This document shows, in pieces, positions 51,278 through 64,000 of a stretch of 64,000 bases of DNA. Under the pieces are notes generated by a model, which was not told where the DNA came from, searched no databases, and saw nothing but the letters and a program-made list of their open reading frames with translations. Position numbers and translations under genes: made by a program. Within the stretch, counting starts at the first letter, position 1, and every line of letters begins with the position of its first letter. This DNA comes from Eledone cirrhosa (Eukaryota). The stretch lies in NCBI GenBank assembly GCA_964016885.1, contig OZ024745.1, positions 77,810,001 through 77,874,000 of the forward strand. Reading direction: 5' to 3'.

Positions 51278-51789
51278 TAACTAGTAGCTCCTATTCAATA
51301 ATCAACATTTTCTATAAACAACAATTTCTCTACTAAATATGAATGTTTTAAATTGTTAAATCATAAATCGTAGGATTGCATGGACATAATAATAAGACAC
51401 ATACATTATACAAATTTAGATTACGAAATTGTTTTATTTGTGGTTGGTCCCTTGCTGGAGATATTCTAAACATAACAGTACGTAGTTCTATAGATATTTT
51501 AATTGTTTCTATATGCCATACCTTATCCGTAAATAGAATAGTATAATTTCCAATAAACCATTAAATATTTCAGTCTCCAAAAACAAAAACATTCAACAAA
51601 CTTCCTTGCTAAGATATTTTATTTTAAACGATATCAATGAAATGATGCTAATAGTGGAGCATGCTCTAGTAAAGTATTTAATCAATCTAGTCAGTTACTC
51701 GTACTGAAACATCACATCAATGAGCGACGCTGAAAGATTTATAGCACAAATGCGAATTGGAATTTAACTAATACATAACAAGGACATCA

Positions 51790-53040
51790 TTCAGACTCTT
51801 GCTTTCCCATCAATCGGAGTACGGCCTCAAGATACCTGAACTTCTACACATGCTTTTGTGAAACTACCTTCACATGGTAGAGTGCATTGTGCAGGCTTGC
51901 TTGAGAAGACATGCGTCTCATTCTTCGCAGCTTAACCCCAATATTCGGATCATGGCTTATCCCCAATGACTTAACTTTGGACGCCTTTACGCTCTCTACT
52001 GCGATTCTTCGTGCCTACTTGTACCGCAATTGTAGAAGGAGGACCTATTTCCAAGACACGCTTTATAAGCCTCCTTCTTTCCTCGGGTGGCACCTTTGAA
52101 CTCTTGATTGAACCAAGGGGTCCTCCTGTCATACGGCCCCACACCAAGCCTCTTTCGCCCGCAGTATTTTACATCTGAAGCAGTAACTGCTGCGTTGAAC
52201 AATCTCCGCCCTGACTCAACGTCCTCTATTTGCCGAGGGAGTTTTCTGAATTTGATGCAATGGTATCTGCATACCTTGTCCTAATTTCCATATCCACCAA
52301 TGCTTCCCACTTTATCATGTAGGTCGCCCTGGACCAGCCAGTTTTGTGGGCTTCTTTAGCTCTAGGCTGTCTTAAGCTGCAGATAATTAGATGGTGATCA
52401 GTTGACAGCTCAGCCCCTTTCTTAACACGAACATCCAACACAGAATCAAAGAGATCAGAGACAATAACAAAATCAATTATTGATCTTTGTCCCTGATTCA
52501 CCTTATACCATGTATATTTATGGATGTATCTGTGCGAGAAGAATGTGTTCATAATAGATAGTCCATTGCTAGAACAGATGTCTAGTAAGGCTTCTCCATT
52601 TGTATTTAGATAGGGTCGCCATTCCTTCCAATCAGTTCCAGCATGACCATTGAAGTCTCCCATCAGGATATATAACTCAGTCTTAACTACATCTAACGCT
52701 GCAGTGACTTCACCCTGTATTCGGCGGACATCTTGTTTAGTGCATAAACTTGCACAACCCACAAAGACCTATCCTTCAGCCCAAGCTTCAAGAGGAAAAT
52801 CCCCCTTCGAAATAGGATCCAGTCCGTAACATATTCTGACAGCCGGGCACTTGTGAGTAGCCCCACTCCTGCTTGTGCAGTCATTTCTCGTGCCACACCT
52901 GAATAGTGGAGTTTCCATCATCCATCAGAGCCACGGAACTATGTCTAACCGGTAGCATCTAGCCTCCTCCACGAGTTCTTGCTCCTGGCCTGTAAGGCTG
53001 GTGATGTTTCTGGTTCCAACTGTTGGAACATCACCGGCTA
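51790..53040 (-). pseudogene. RTE-clade (Expander/Rex3-like) APE endonuclease remnant
   Basis: AQAGVGLL, VVQVYA, LMGDFNGH, IMNTFF.H..IHKYTW, SIIDFVIVS and ELSTDHHL. Confidence 0.85.
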
Positions 53041-54162
53041 GATATAGTCGGGGGTTCTCCAACAAGTTCCGTGGCTCTGATACAGTAGATTTGGATGGAG
53101 GATGGAAACTTCACTATTCAGGTGTGGCGCCAGAGTATTATATTTCACCCTTTTAAATCTTGAGTTCAGATATAGTTAGGCTAATCTTTGCTTTTAATTA
53201 TACCGAAGCCAATAAAATTCTGTAATGTTGCAGAACCGATTAAATTGACTATACCTTATTTAATTACGTTAATTAATAAACATCTACTATCATAATGGAA
53301 AAGAAAAACAATATAAACGAAAATAAATTATTTAAAAAATTATTTTTGAAACATTTTAAGGGAAAATGTATTAAGAAATGTTCATAAATCCTCAAATGGT
53401 TATACATTGATACTAACCAGCCCCTGTATCAGTACCTGGAACTAAATTTTAAATTCCATTGTACTTTTCTAAAATGAATATAAAAATCGATAATAGTCAC
53501 ACGAGGCACAATAATTGAGAAGATCGCCTTTCAATTTCATTTCCTACATTGAATTACACAAATCACACCTTAAAGAGTATAATACAGCAACTGTCTTCCC
53601 AGAAATTCCTGTTACTACCTTCCCAATAAAAATAAATTTAAGAAATGTAGACTTAAATTCCTGTCCAAAAATAGAACGAAGCACATTCTGAGGACTGAAA
53701 ATGATGACCCATATATCAGTAATTCAATCTTTTGATAACTGGTATTTCGCCTCTAAAATGATTGACATGGGAATATTTTATATAACATAATTCGTTTCTT
53801 TTGCTTAACTATTTGTACTCAGCATCACTCAGTATTTGTACGCTGGTTTCTCTTCACCCCGAACGGATAAATCTTTCGCTTTTTACTTCGCATCAACAAT
53901 GCTGATGACTAACTAATGGCTTCTGTAGATGTGAAATGAGAGTTTTGCTAATCATGCATTTCCAAAAGGCATTAATGCCGTAGGCCATCAATGGAGATTG
54001 TGCGTACGGTTTTGTAAACATCAGTGAAATCTCATTCAAATATCATATCAATTTAAGAAGAAAGGGACACATGTAATCTAGTCCTAGATTACATGTCAAG
54101 GGATGATAACGAGTGGATTTGTAAAGAACGGTTGACCTAGTACTAAACTATCACAATCTGTG

Positions 54163-54225
<63 letters not shown>

Positions 54226-54543
54226 GTGTGTGTGTGTGTGTGTGTTGTGTGTTGTGTGTATACTACACAAATATAGTAAATGATAGCTTTGCACAAAGTT
54301 TATTTTGAAAGAATGAAAATAGGTCATTCATCAAAATCAGATTGTCTTTTAATTAAGTTTATCACTCGACATACGAAATACATTTATAATTATCAGTCAG
54401 TCAATCACTATTTTGCCTCATTGTTATCAAATTAATTCCACTGCTCATTCAATTAAGGGGTTTGTTGTGAACATAGAGATGTATCAAAATTTACTCTGGA
54501 ATCGTACAACTAGTTTCAGTTCCTTATATGATAGAGCAATATT

Positions 54544-54693
54544 GCTTTGACGCATAGAGTTACGACCCTTGCCATTCTGAGTTCAAATCCCGCCGAGATT
54601 AACTTTGCCTTTCATCCTTACGGGGTCGATAAAATAAAGTACCAGTTATGTACTGGGTAATTGATGGCCTTGTGCCAAAAGTAGAAACAATTA
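54544..54693 (+). mobile_element. Truncated short SINE with ~20-bp TSD
   Basis: TTATATGATAGAGCAATATT on both sides. Confidence 0.85.
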
Positions 54694-54939
54694 TATGATA
54701 GAGCAATATTAACTACAAAGGAGGCGAGTGTATGAAAGACGTCACAGTATATGGAAAATGTGTATATATTCTTATATAAAGCAAAAACAAAAGACTGAAC
54801 AAAACATGTGTTCCTTGTAAAACTCTTCTTCTTCTTCTTCTTCACGTTCTCCTCCTCCTCCTTTTCCTCATTCCCCTTCTTATTTCTGGGAGGATCAAAT
54901 ATTCATACTGCGGCAGGTCTTTGAGGAATCGTGTGGTTA

Positions 54940-55910
54940 TTGCCAAGAGGTGTATGTTTGTTTCGTTGACCTTGAAATTACATAAAATCCCGTTCCATAG
55001 AGATGTTGTGGAATGTGCTGCTGGAGTATGGGATCATTTGACAGCCTATTGTTGCTCGGAAATCTCTATACGAATTCGCTTGTACTGGTGTTCGAATAAA
55101 TGGGACTAAAACGATATTATCAATGTGGGTGTTGGACTCAGCCAAGGGCGCGTACTGTTACCTCTCTTATTCGTAATCTTCATGGACAGAATTGACATGC
55201 GCAGCCGTGTCGGAAGTGGTATCGTCACTAGTGGGTGTAGGATCTCTCTGGAATTTGCGGATGACATGGTATTACTTAATTCGTCACGGGATATCCATGC
55301 TTCACTTGTTAGGTTTGCTGCAGAATGATGTTCAGCTGGAATGAAAATCAGTGCTGCAAAAACTGAGAAACTCATCCTCTCAAGGAAGCCTGTGCAGTGG
55401 ACTCTACAGGTGAAAAGAGTTCCACTGAAGCAGGTAGAGAAGCACAAGTATCTCAGGTTTACGAGTGATGAAAGACAGGTTACTGAATTAAGTGCAAGAA
55501 TTGCAAGAGCTGGTGCAGTAATGTGCCAGCTTCAGCATTCAGTGATCAGGAGAAGGAGGTAGGCGTAAAAGCCAAACCCACTATCTTCAATTTTGTATTC
55601 GTGCCAGCCCTTACCAATTATCATGAATCTTGGGTAATGACCGAAAGAATACGATCGCGAATACAAGCAGACGAAATAGGGTTCCTCCGAAGGGTCTTTG
55701 AAGTAATGTTACTCAATAGAGTGCGTAGCTCGGAGATTAGAGTTATCCCAGGTGGAGCTGCTACTTTTCCGAATTGAGAGAGTACAGACCCGATACTATA
55801 GACATGTGGTTAGAATTTGTCAGGAATCGCTGAACAGATTTTACGGTCAAAACCAACCGCGAAGAAACCCAGGTGTAGACCCCGAGCAAGATGGTTAGAT
55901 AACATCCAAT
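54940..55910 (+). pseudogene. RTE-clade reverse transcriptase remnant
   Basis: VGLSQG..LLPLLFVIFMDRI, FADDMVLL, MKISAAKTE and WVMTERIRSRIQA.EIGFLRRV. Confidence 0.85.
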
Positions 55911-56294
55911 TCAAACTCGGATATAATAGCATTTAAGTAGATTGTGCCATTCAAATTTAAATGCATTCAGCACGATCAAAAGCCGTCACCGGTGAAGGGA
56001 GATATCAGACGACAGAATCATGTTTCAGCGTAGGTTTGGATGCACGTATTTTGGCCAGACCCGTGAAAAATCTTGACCGAAACTACGCTTCACTGCATTG
56101 CTGGTATAATGGAAGCAATGATGGCTCATAGAGCCTAGTAAGGCGTATAACATTCGTATCTTTATTTTGTAGAGTCTTCGTAGGTTTAAATGATAGATAC
56201 GTTGTTCTTTATTTACAACAATTATAATATAAATCTTTAACATTTTAAGTGAATTCAGACATATACACAACCACACATATAGAAATAGAGTCAG

Positions 56295-56390
<96 letters not shown>

Positions 56391-57125
56391 CTGATGAAAG
56401 CTATATATCAATAGTAGGCATGAGAAACGGGTGTTGTCTGATTGTCGAAAGAGAACAAGTATAGCCAGTTCTGAGATAGTTGCAAATTATGATGCAGAAA
56501 AGGTGGCGTGATAAAGTACAACAGGTGATGTAATGTGAGCAATGTAGGTAGAATCAAACTATTTTCTGCAGAGCAAATACAAATCTCCTGATATTTCACT
56601 ATTTATCCTCAAGCGACAAAAACATACGTTTTCTCGTCATAAATTTAAATGTTTACATTACTATGATGAAATAGAAAACAACAAGAAATAAAAATAAACG
56701 ACCATAAAAATTAGTTGAAACTTTCGTAGAATAAACAAAAAACTTCAGTTTTAAGTTCTCGTTTCATGGGAAAGGAAGTTGAAAATCTTTGCTATATTCA
56801 ATAGTATCCCTTATATGTTACACTATAAATTTAAGATCTTGTATAAGTGTATGAATACAGCTATATTTCCATTGTTTTAGCCTAGTGAGAATGTGTGCCA
56901 CAGCTTTTTGCTTTCCATTCCTATACTGCATGTTTTCCTTCTTTCATTCATTCTTTTATTTATTTTTCTATTGTGCATTAGTGAACTATTTATAGTTTTA
57001 TAATTTTGTCAAAAGATGGCTGATGTTTCTTGCGAATTGTTGAAATGGATCCTCTACGTGCCAGTTTGGTTTGCTAGACATAGCAACCAAACCTACAAGA
57101 AAACACACATTATTAGATTAATAGA

Positions 57126-57281
57126 CACCATGCTTTGGCGCATAGTGTTACGGCCCTTGCCATTCTGAGTTCAAATCCCGCCGAGGTGAACTTTGCCTTT
57201 CATCCATACGGGGTCGATAAAATAAAGTACCAGTAATGCGCTGGGTAATTGCTGGCTTTGTGCCAAAAGTAGAAACAATTA
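57126..57281 (+). mobile_element. Truncated short SINE with TSD
   Basis: ATTATTAGATT.ATAGA on both sides. Confidence 0.85.
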
Positions 57282-59279
57282 TTAGATTCATAGAAAAAAA
57301 ATAATAAAAGAGAGTATGATGTAATCTTTTATGCTTGATAAAAATATGTTCACGGCTGCGATGGCTTTGACCCATCCACATGTCAATCATGTTGATTCTG
57401 GTGCTAGAAAAAAGCAGCATCAACAGTACATATGAGACGCTGGTGGTGGTCTGTCTGAATACTAACATTTGATCTGTGCTGTGCTCATGGCCAAATTGTC
57501 TACCTCACCTAAATGTTGTAATATTTCGCAAGGTAGAAGCTTATTAGCACTCATTAAAGCGGCAGCACAATAAAATTGAGAGGTGTTTCCTTAGCTGGCA
57601 AAACTTAGATCAGCGTTTGAATGTTTAATGTGGGGCAGGAGATTCTCTTTTAACGCACAGACAACATTTTGACATTAGTTCATAGGATTAAGTACAATTC
57701 ATCGGATGAGCTTTAGAACCTAATTACCAATTTCGAATTTAATTCAGTAACATGTCCAACAGAAATCTCAAGCAATCTATACCATTTCTGCAAGAATACT
57801 CATGAATAATATATGGAAATAAACAGGGCCTGAAAACTGAGACTACGGAAAAATAATGCCTCACAAGATAGGTTAACAGTTTGTGTGTTTGTGTGAGCAC
57901 GTTTGTGCTTGTGTTGTCCTGTATTTATGTGTATCTCAATTGTTAACTATTATATCAATGTGAGAAATAGGTTTTGGTCGATTTGGTGAGAGAAAGTAGG
58001 TGTGGCCAGTTCTAAGACAGTAGCAGTGGAGTTAGAAGCAGAATAATTTTCTGCTGTACAAAAATAAATCTCTGGATACTTCACTATTTATCTTCAATCG
58101 ACCAATAAGTGTTGAAATTATTTCAATAGATAAAATATGAGTGTAAAGTTTCATAACATATACAAAACATTTTTAGTTATTAGTCTCTGATTTTAAGAGA
58201 AAATAACTTTAAAATATTTACTATACTCAAGCGTATGCCATATACGTTACTTTACAAATTTAGGCTACTGTAAAATTTGTTTCTCTAGTAAGAAAGAATA
58301 TTTCTGTTCTTTTCACCATTTTTTATTTCCTTCCTATAATTCAATCTTTTACTTTATCGCTTTCCTTCTTTCTGTGGATTTTATTGCGTCTTTGGAATTA
58401 TTTGTAGCGTTTTATACATTCATATTTTTTTCTAACGAATGAAGTGCACATGTTTTTCGAGGGGCTTCTTACTCAATGGAATTTGCCTGACTGATCTATA
58501 AATGTTGGCTGCTTCTGATTTTAAAATGGCCTAGCTTTAAGATAAGGGCTCTGTTTCGCCAGTTTCTTCTGTTTCTTCTCTTCTGTCTTTACATATTTCA
58601 TTCATTATGTCACTCTTATTTTAATTCTTTTCCGTCTCTTTTTTCGATTTCTCCCTCGCCTTCTGTCACTCTCCTTATATTTAACACCCCTAAGGTCTCG
58701 TTATCGAACCTTGTTAACGAACACCAATAGGTCCCAGACTGCAAAATTCAATATCTCATTAACAGGATCGGTTTCACTACCATTTTTTTCTTTTGGAGTA
58801 TAATGTAAAAAAGAACATCTCCCAGGGAAAAATAAACACACGTAGAAAACATTGAAAAAGTCAAACGACGTACTTAAGAATTTTTTTTTTCTTTGCTTAA
58901 TACTTTCAAGTCAAACAGTAAGTCGATTATTCTAGATTAGTTATATAAATACAATATCTAGATATACGTAGAAGCAAAGACATTTATCAATGAGACATTC
59001 ATATGGCAAAAAATATATATCTATATATCTCTACTTTCAGAAATGAAATTTACAGTATTTCAGTGAAATACACGTTACATATGTTATTAATTGGGAAGAA
59101 ATGCCAATTGACTTTCAAACTGAAAATAATCTAACCTTACTAGTATTTAGTTCATATATTCTTGCTCAGACTGTCTACAGGAAACCAAACTGCAGGAGTA
59201 TGCGTTTATAGATGTATAACATAAATGTATTCATGTGTGTATTCGTGTATATAAATATATATCATAACTAGCTAGCTAG

Positions 59280-59384
<105 letters not shown>

Positions 59385-59599
59385 CGTGTCAGTAGAAACG
59401 GAATGTTATCGACGTAATGAAGTTGAACATACACATATACATACAAGTTCAGATGAAATACTTGTGAGACTATAAATTGGAAAACGATACATATGTAAGT
59501 TGGCATCTATGCAACATGTATTGCATGAGATTAATTTAAGATATTTTCATTTTTTGTAAGATAAAAAAAACATATGAATCTAACTGTGTGGGCATTTCT

Positions 59600-59639
<40 letters not shown>

Positions 59640-59672
59640 TAAGAGAGAGAGAGAGAGAGTGAGAGTGAGAGT

Positions 59673-59716
<44 letters not shown>

Positions 59717-59779
59717 GAGAGAGAGTATGAGAGAGAGAATAGGAAGTCAGATTTGCAGCTTGTTATGAAACTTTATTTT

Positions 59780-59867
59780 GCACATTACCACTGTTTCGAT
59801 ATCGATCAGCTCGGGTTTGATCAGGTGATCGGATCCGGACTCTTAATTGACAGTTCTTTAGATAAGC
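59780..59867 (-). ncRNA. Degenerate hammerhead homologous to 14919-15010
   Basis: gcttat CTAAAGA actgtcaattaagagtccggatc...cgagctgatcgatatc GAAA cagtgg TA atgtgc. Core G5 is lost. Confidence 0.45.
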
Positions 59868-60024
59868 GAGTTAACATGGGTGGTCTCATCCAAACTGTTG
59901 ACATATGGTCCGTGTTCATTTGATATACGTGTTATTGGGTTATGGCGGGTGGGCGGGAAACGGGAGTGGGTAGATAAAGAACAGTAAATTTTCTATTCGA
60001 ATACGTATACACACACACACACAC

Positions 60025-60125
<101 letters not shown>

Positions 60126-60931
60126 ATCGTTTATATTCCATTGTTAGCTGGAAATAATTGACTCAGCTGATAAGGCAGAACAAAAACTTGTCTCCTCAAC
60201 TAAAATGATAAACATTCCTTTACGTTGAATATATACTAACTTAAGTTACCCCTACGTTGATTTATTTTAATTCCGGAATCAGTTCCAAAATCTTTACAAT
60301 TCTTTACATTTGTTAAAAAGATAAATAAAAACGTATTTATAAATAATATGTGTCTTTTTTTATATATAGTAAGAAAATTCGTATACGAACAAAACAAGTT
60401 CCCGTACGTGCGCAGGCACAGTCATACACCCACACACATATTTCCGACTCTCTCTTCGATGCCTATGCATTAGGAATCTGTATTGTTGAAACTATATTTT
60501 TAAAGCATAGAGCTTAAACAATTTCGATTGTTACATGTTTCATATGTTGTATAAATATAACATATTATTCCTCATTCACACGGCTTCCGCAACCCACTAC
60601 CACGTCCGATTTCTTCTTCGTGCTACGCAAATATAAATTGATTCAGTGCCATTCTTTACAGCACATATGATATATCTATGTAAAAAATAGATATGCCACT
60701 CTATTTAACGTACCTTCTACTTTGTATATTTCACGTGTCTGCATTACAAGAGACTCCTCAATGTTTGTAAAGAATGTCATTACCTCGACTGTAAGAACGT
60801 TTTAACTTGTACTATTTAAGGTTAAATGCTAGGTGTATCTCCAATTGACCACTCTTATAAAGGTCAATTTTTAGAATTTGTTCTCGAAGATAATTATCTA
60901 AAAGTATATGGCTTCGAATAAAAGATAGAAA

Positions 60932-61108
60932 TAATTGTTTCTACTTTTGGCACAAGGCCAATTACTGGTACTTTATTTTATCGACCCCGTAAGGATGAAA
61001 GGCAAAGTTAACCTCGGCGGGATTTGAACTCAGATCGTAAAGGGACGTAACTCTTTGTATCAAAGCATGGCGTCCGACCCTCTACCGATACTGCCAATCC
61101 ACCGCCCT
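60932..61108 (-). mobile_element. Short SINE copy with TAGAAATAAT TSD
   Basis: Reverse complement of the 7122 family. Confidence 0.85.
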
Positions 61109-61689
61109 TGCTAGAAATAATGGAGTGAAAGCTAATTCGTTAAAGATTTTTTTACGTAAATATATTTCGGAAATTATCATAGTTAGAATCTTTATGCTAA
61201 CCTACATTAAGAAATACTTAACGATGCAGATTATATAACATCCTTATGTTATAATTTTATTTGATTTGAAACTTCATAGTTTCCTCGCTAGCGTTTAATA
61301 CATACCTAGGTCAAATATCATACGAATGTTCTCAGTCACCATGAAACTTCAGTACTTAAATCTATAAAATAAACAATCTATAATGTTTGTGTATTCTGCA
61401 TACATATAGTCATGTTACTCGTATAAAAATGACTGTGTAAGGATATGCAGTTTCGTATTTATATGAACTCGTATGCATGCCTATATATGAACGTGCACAC
61501 CCACACGTATGCATTCAAATATTAATGCGGGTGGAAAATTTACATGCACACAATCAGATTTTCGTAAATGTACATTATAAATATATATACGTCATGTCTA
61601 TCTCTGTGTATCTTCGTATTCAGATCTAACTGTCCCTATTCATTACGTATAATACGACTTAAATGTCTTACATTTAATTCTTTTGACAT

Positions 61690-61860
61690 AAGGTTTGGTT
61701 TAGCCTTAATACTCCAAAGAGTGTTTGACTATTTCCTCAGACTCTATGTCCCTAGATTCCCAGCCTGTATCGTCAGCAGAGTTCGTAATTTTGTACGTCC
61801 ATTTTGACGGCCGATGACCATGGGGTTTTGTACTTTTTGCCACTATTGCCAATATCACCA
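61690..61860 (-). pseudogene. Possible Penelope GIY-YIG C-terminal remnant
   Basis: IVAKSTKPHGHRPSKWTYKITNSADDTGWESRDIESEEIVKH resembles A.H...GH...W...I.....W..R...E..EI.KH. Confidence 0.4.
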
Positions 61861-61917
61861 GTGCCGCACACGGCTCCCCTCCTCTTCTTTTGTGTATATA
61901 TATATATATATATATAC

Positions 61918-61990
<73 letters not shown>

Positions 61991-64000
61991 TGTGTATGTG
62001 TCTGTGTATATGTGTGTGTATGTGTGTATGTGCGTGTGAGTGTAGTTACATAATAAAGACATTACACAGTATTATGTCACCTATCGTCCGATTTTTTATG
62101 TTTCATACCAGAATAGAAAATGTTATTAGAGAAAATGCATCCATACATCTGTTCAACTCTTCTTGGGACTTAATATTTACAAATGTCCACACACATCCAC
62201 ACACCTTTCATCACCACAATGACCCCTATCTCCATTTGTGTATTGAGGTACAAACACTGCTTATATTGAAACGGACACCCACGAATGAGTGATCAGAAGA
62301 TCTTGAAGAAGATGATGTGTGGCAAAATCTTATGCCTAAAGCACTCCTATAAAATACCAGGGCTACCATTTAAGGACTGTGGAAAGTCCTCTTCGAATGC
62401 ATTTGAAATACGAGAGGACAACTGGGAAAGAAATGCTTATTGTCGTCATTAACAGAGAAATGGATAATCGATAGTGCGAAAGATTTTGAAAAAGTACGAA
62501 TCATTCATGCATAAATTTAATGAGCTGCACAAAAAAATACAATTTTTGATTTGGATGGGGTAACCTTGCTCTCGGGTAATTGTGGTCACACATGTCTTTC
62601 TATGGCTGGCCTGAGTAGACATCAACGAATTCAAAAGGCTACACAGCAATTTCACGCAAATATATTGTGTAATATGCAGTTCGTATTGGAAGGTCTGTAA
62701 GTTCATTGGTGAGCTTATTATGTAGTGGTATGCATCAGACCACGTTTCTGCATACTATACAGCATTGTAAGGTCTGAGGAAAGTCATGCAGGAGTCAGGC
62801 GAACTTTAAGAGTCAATGTCGAAAATACACACACACACACAGACACAGACAGACACACACACGCGCGCGCGCGCACGCACATATACCCACATGAGTGTGC
62901 GTTTGTGAATGTGTGGAGGCACGCATATGTATGAGTGTCCTTATCTAAGTAGTTGTCTACCAAATGGTACACCATTTTGCCTATACTGTACTTCTTTCGC
63001 AAGACTCGTACATGCAAAAATAAACAAATAAACTCACACTCCCGTGCTAAGATAATCTATTTTGGTATGAAATTTAGATACGTCTAACCAAAATACACGA
63101 CATCAACAAGAAGAGAAAATAAACAACTGCTGTCAACATTTCTACAATTTACACAAGGTTAACCACAAAATACCGCATATGTACACACACACACACACAC
63201 AAACATATATATATATGTACGTGTGTGTGTATGAGTGACACTAAAGTGATACAATGAAATACATCGCTACACAAAAAGAACACCATCGATGCTCTAAACT
63301 CGTTATAACTTGGCGGTTTAAACATCTGAAGAAGTATGCATTTCAAAATCCCCCATGATTCCTGAAACAATAAAACTATATAACGAAAAATAAATTAACA
63401 TTCTTTGATGATATAATGTTACACAAGGTTATCTGTCTTGTATATGTATAAAACAAAGGTATTCGTCAGTAATTTGCTGACACGACAAAACATTTTTAGA
63501 TGTGTGCATATACTAATTGACACTGTTAAACAAATATATTTTATACTTTGTTCCCATAAGGCAATGTCTAAAATGGTTTAGTCTTTTTCGTGCGAAATAT
63601 TTGTCAAATTTAGATTAGATAGAATGAGAGAAGATGCATCTGAGACAAAATAATTCAGATAAAAAAACTGCCTTTGCCGTTGCTATTACTGGCAAATATT
63701 ATTTTATTATTACTACTGTTGAGAATATATATATTTAACATAGGAAGACGTCAAAACATTTGCCAACGGGAGCAGTCGATAGTATCGACCACAGAACTTG
63801 ATTAGTATATATTTTGTCGACACCACTCTCACCACAGAAGGATATAATGCAAAGTCGACGTTAATAGAAATTCATATCAAAATGTAATGAGACGAAACGA
63901 AACGCTGGAAGGTATATTGTCAGTTGCTCTAATGTTCTGCCAATTCACTACCTAAAGTTACTATACTACATACTACTGTCATGCCGTAAGGTCATGTTTC

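Noticed and set aside
56030-56100. GCTYFGQTR, resembling the YIGQT motif of GIY-YIG
   Set aside because: Too short and immediately interrupted by a stop.

Overview
AT-rich, repeat-dominated animal DNA. The SINE types and huge (TA)n/(TG)n/(ATT)n/(ATGT)n tracts suggest an octopus-like mollusc (inference). I recognise no host gene, and most listed ORFs are microsatellite translations. The largest element is a near-intact ~6 kb Tx1/L1-clade LINE (16378-22407) in an (ATT)n tract, next to a 5'-truncated R4/Dong-type element. Also present are a complete-ended Chapaev3-like DNA transposon, mariner, RTE, Helentron-like and LTR remnants, and many tRNA-type SINEs. The most striking hidden signal is about 20 type-I hammerhead ribozyme motifs from at least 10 different sequence families. 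Most have a palindromic stem III, and several have a U3-A8 core or a very long stem II. They sit in short foldback or tandem-plus-inverted cassettes inside (TA)n tracts. Penelope-like GIY-YIG remnants next to some cassettes suggest Penelope pLTR or retrozyme-like elements. All structures were paired by eye and coordinates may be off by a few bases.
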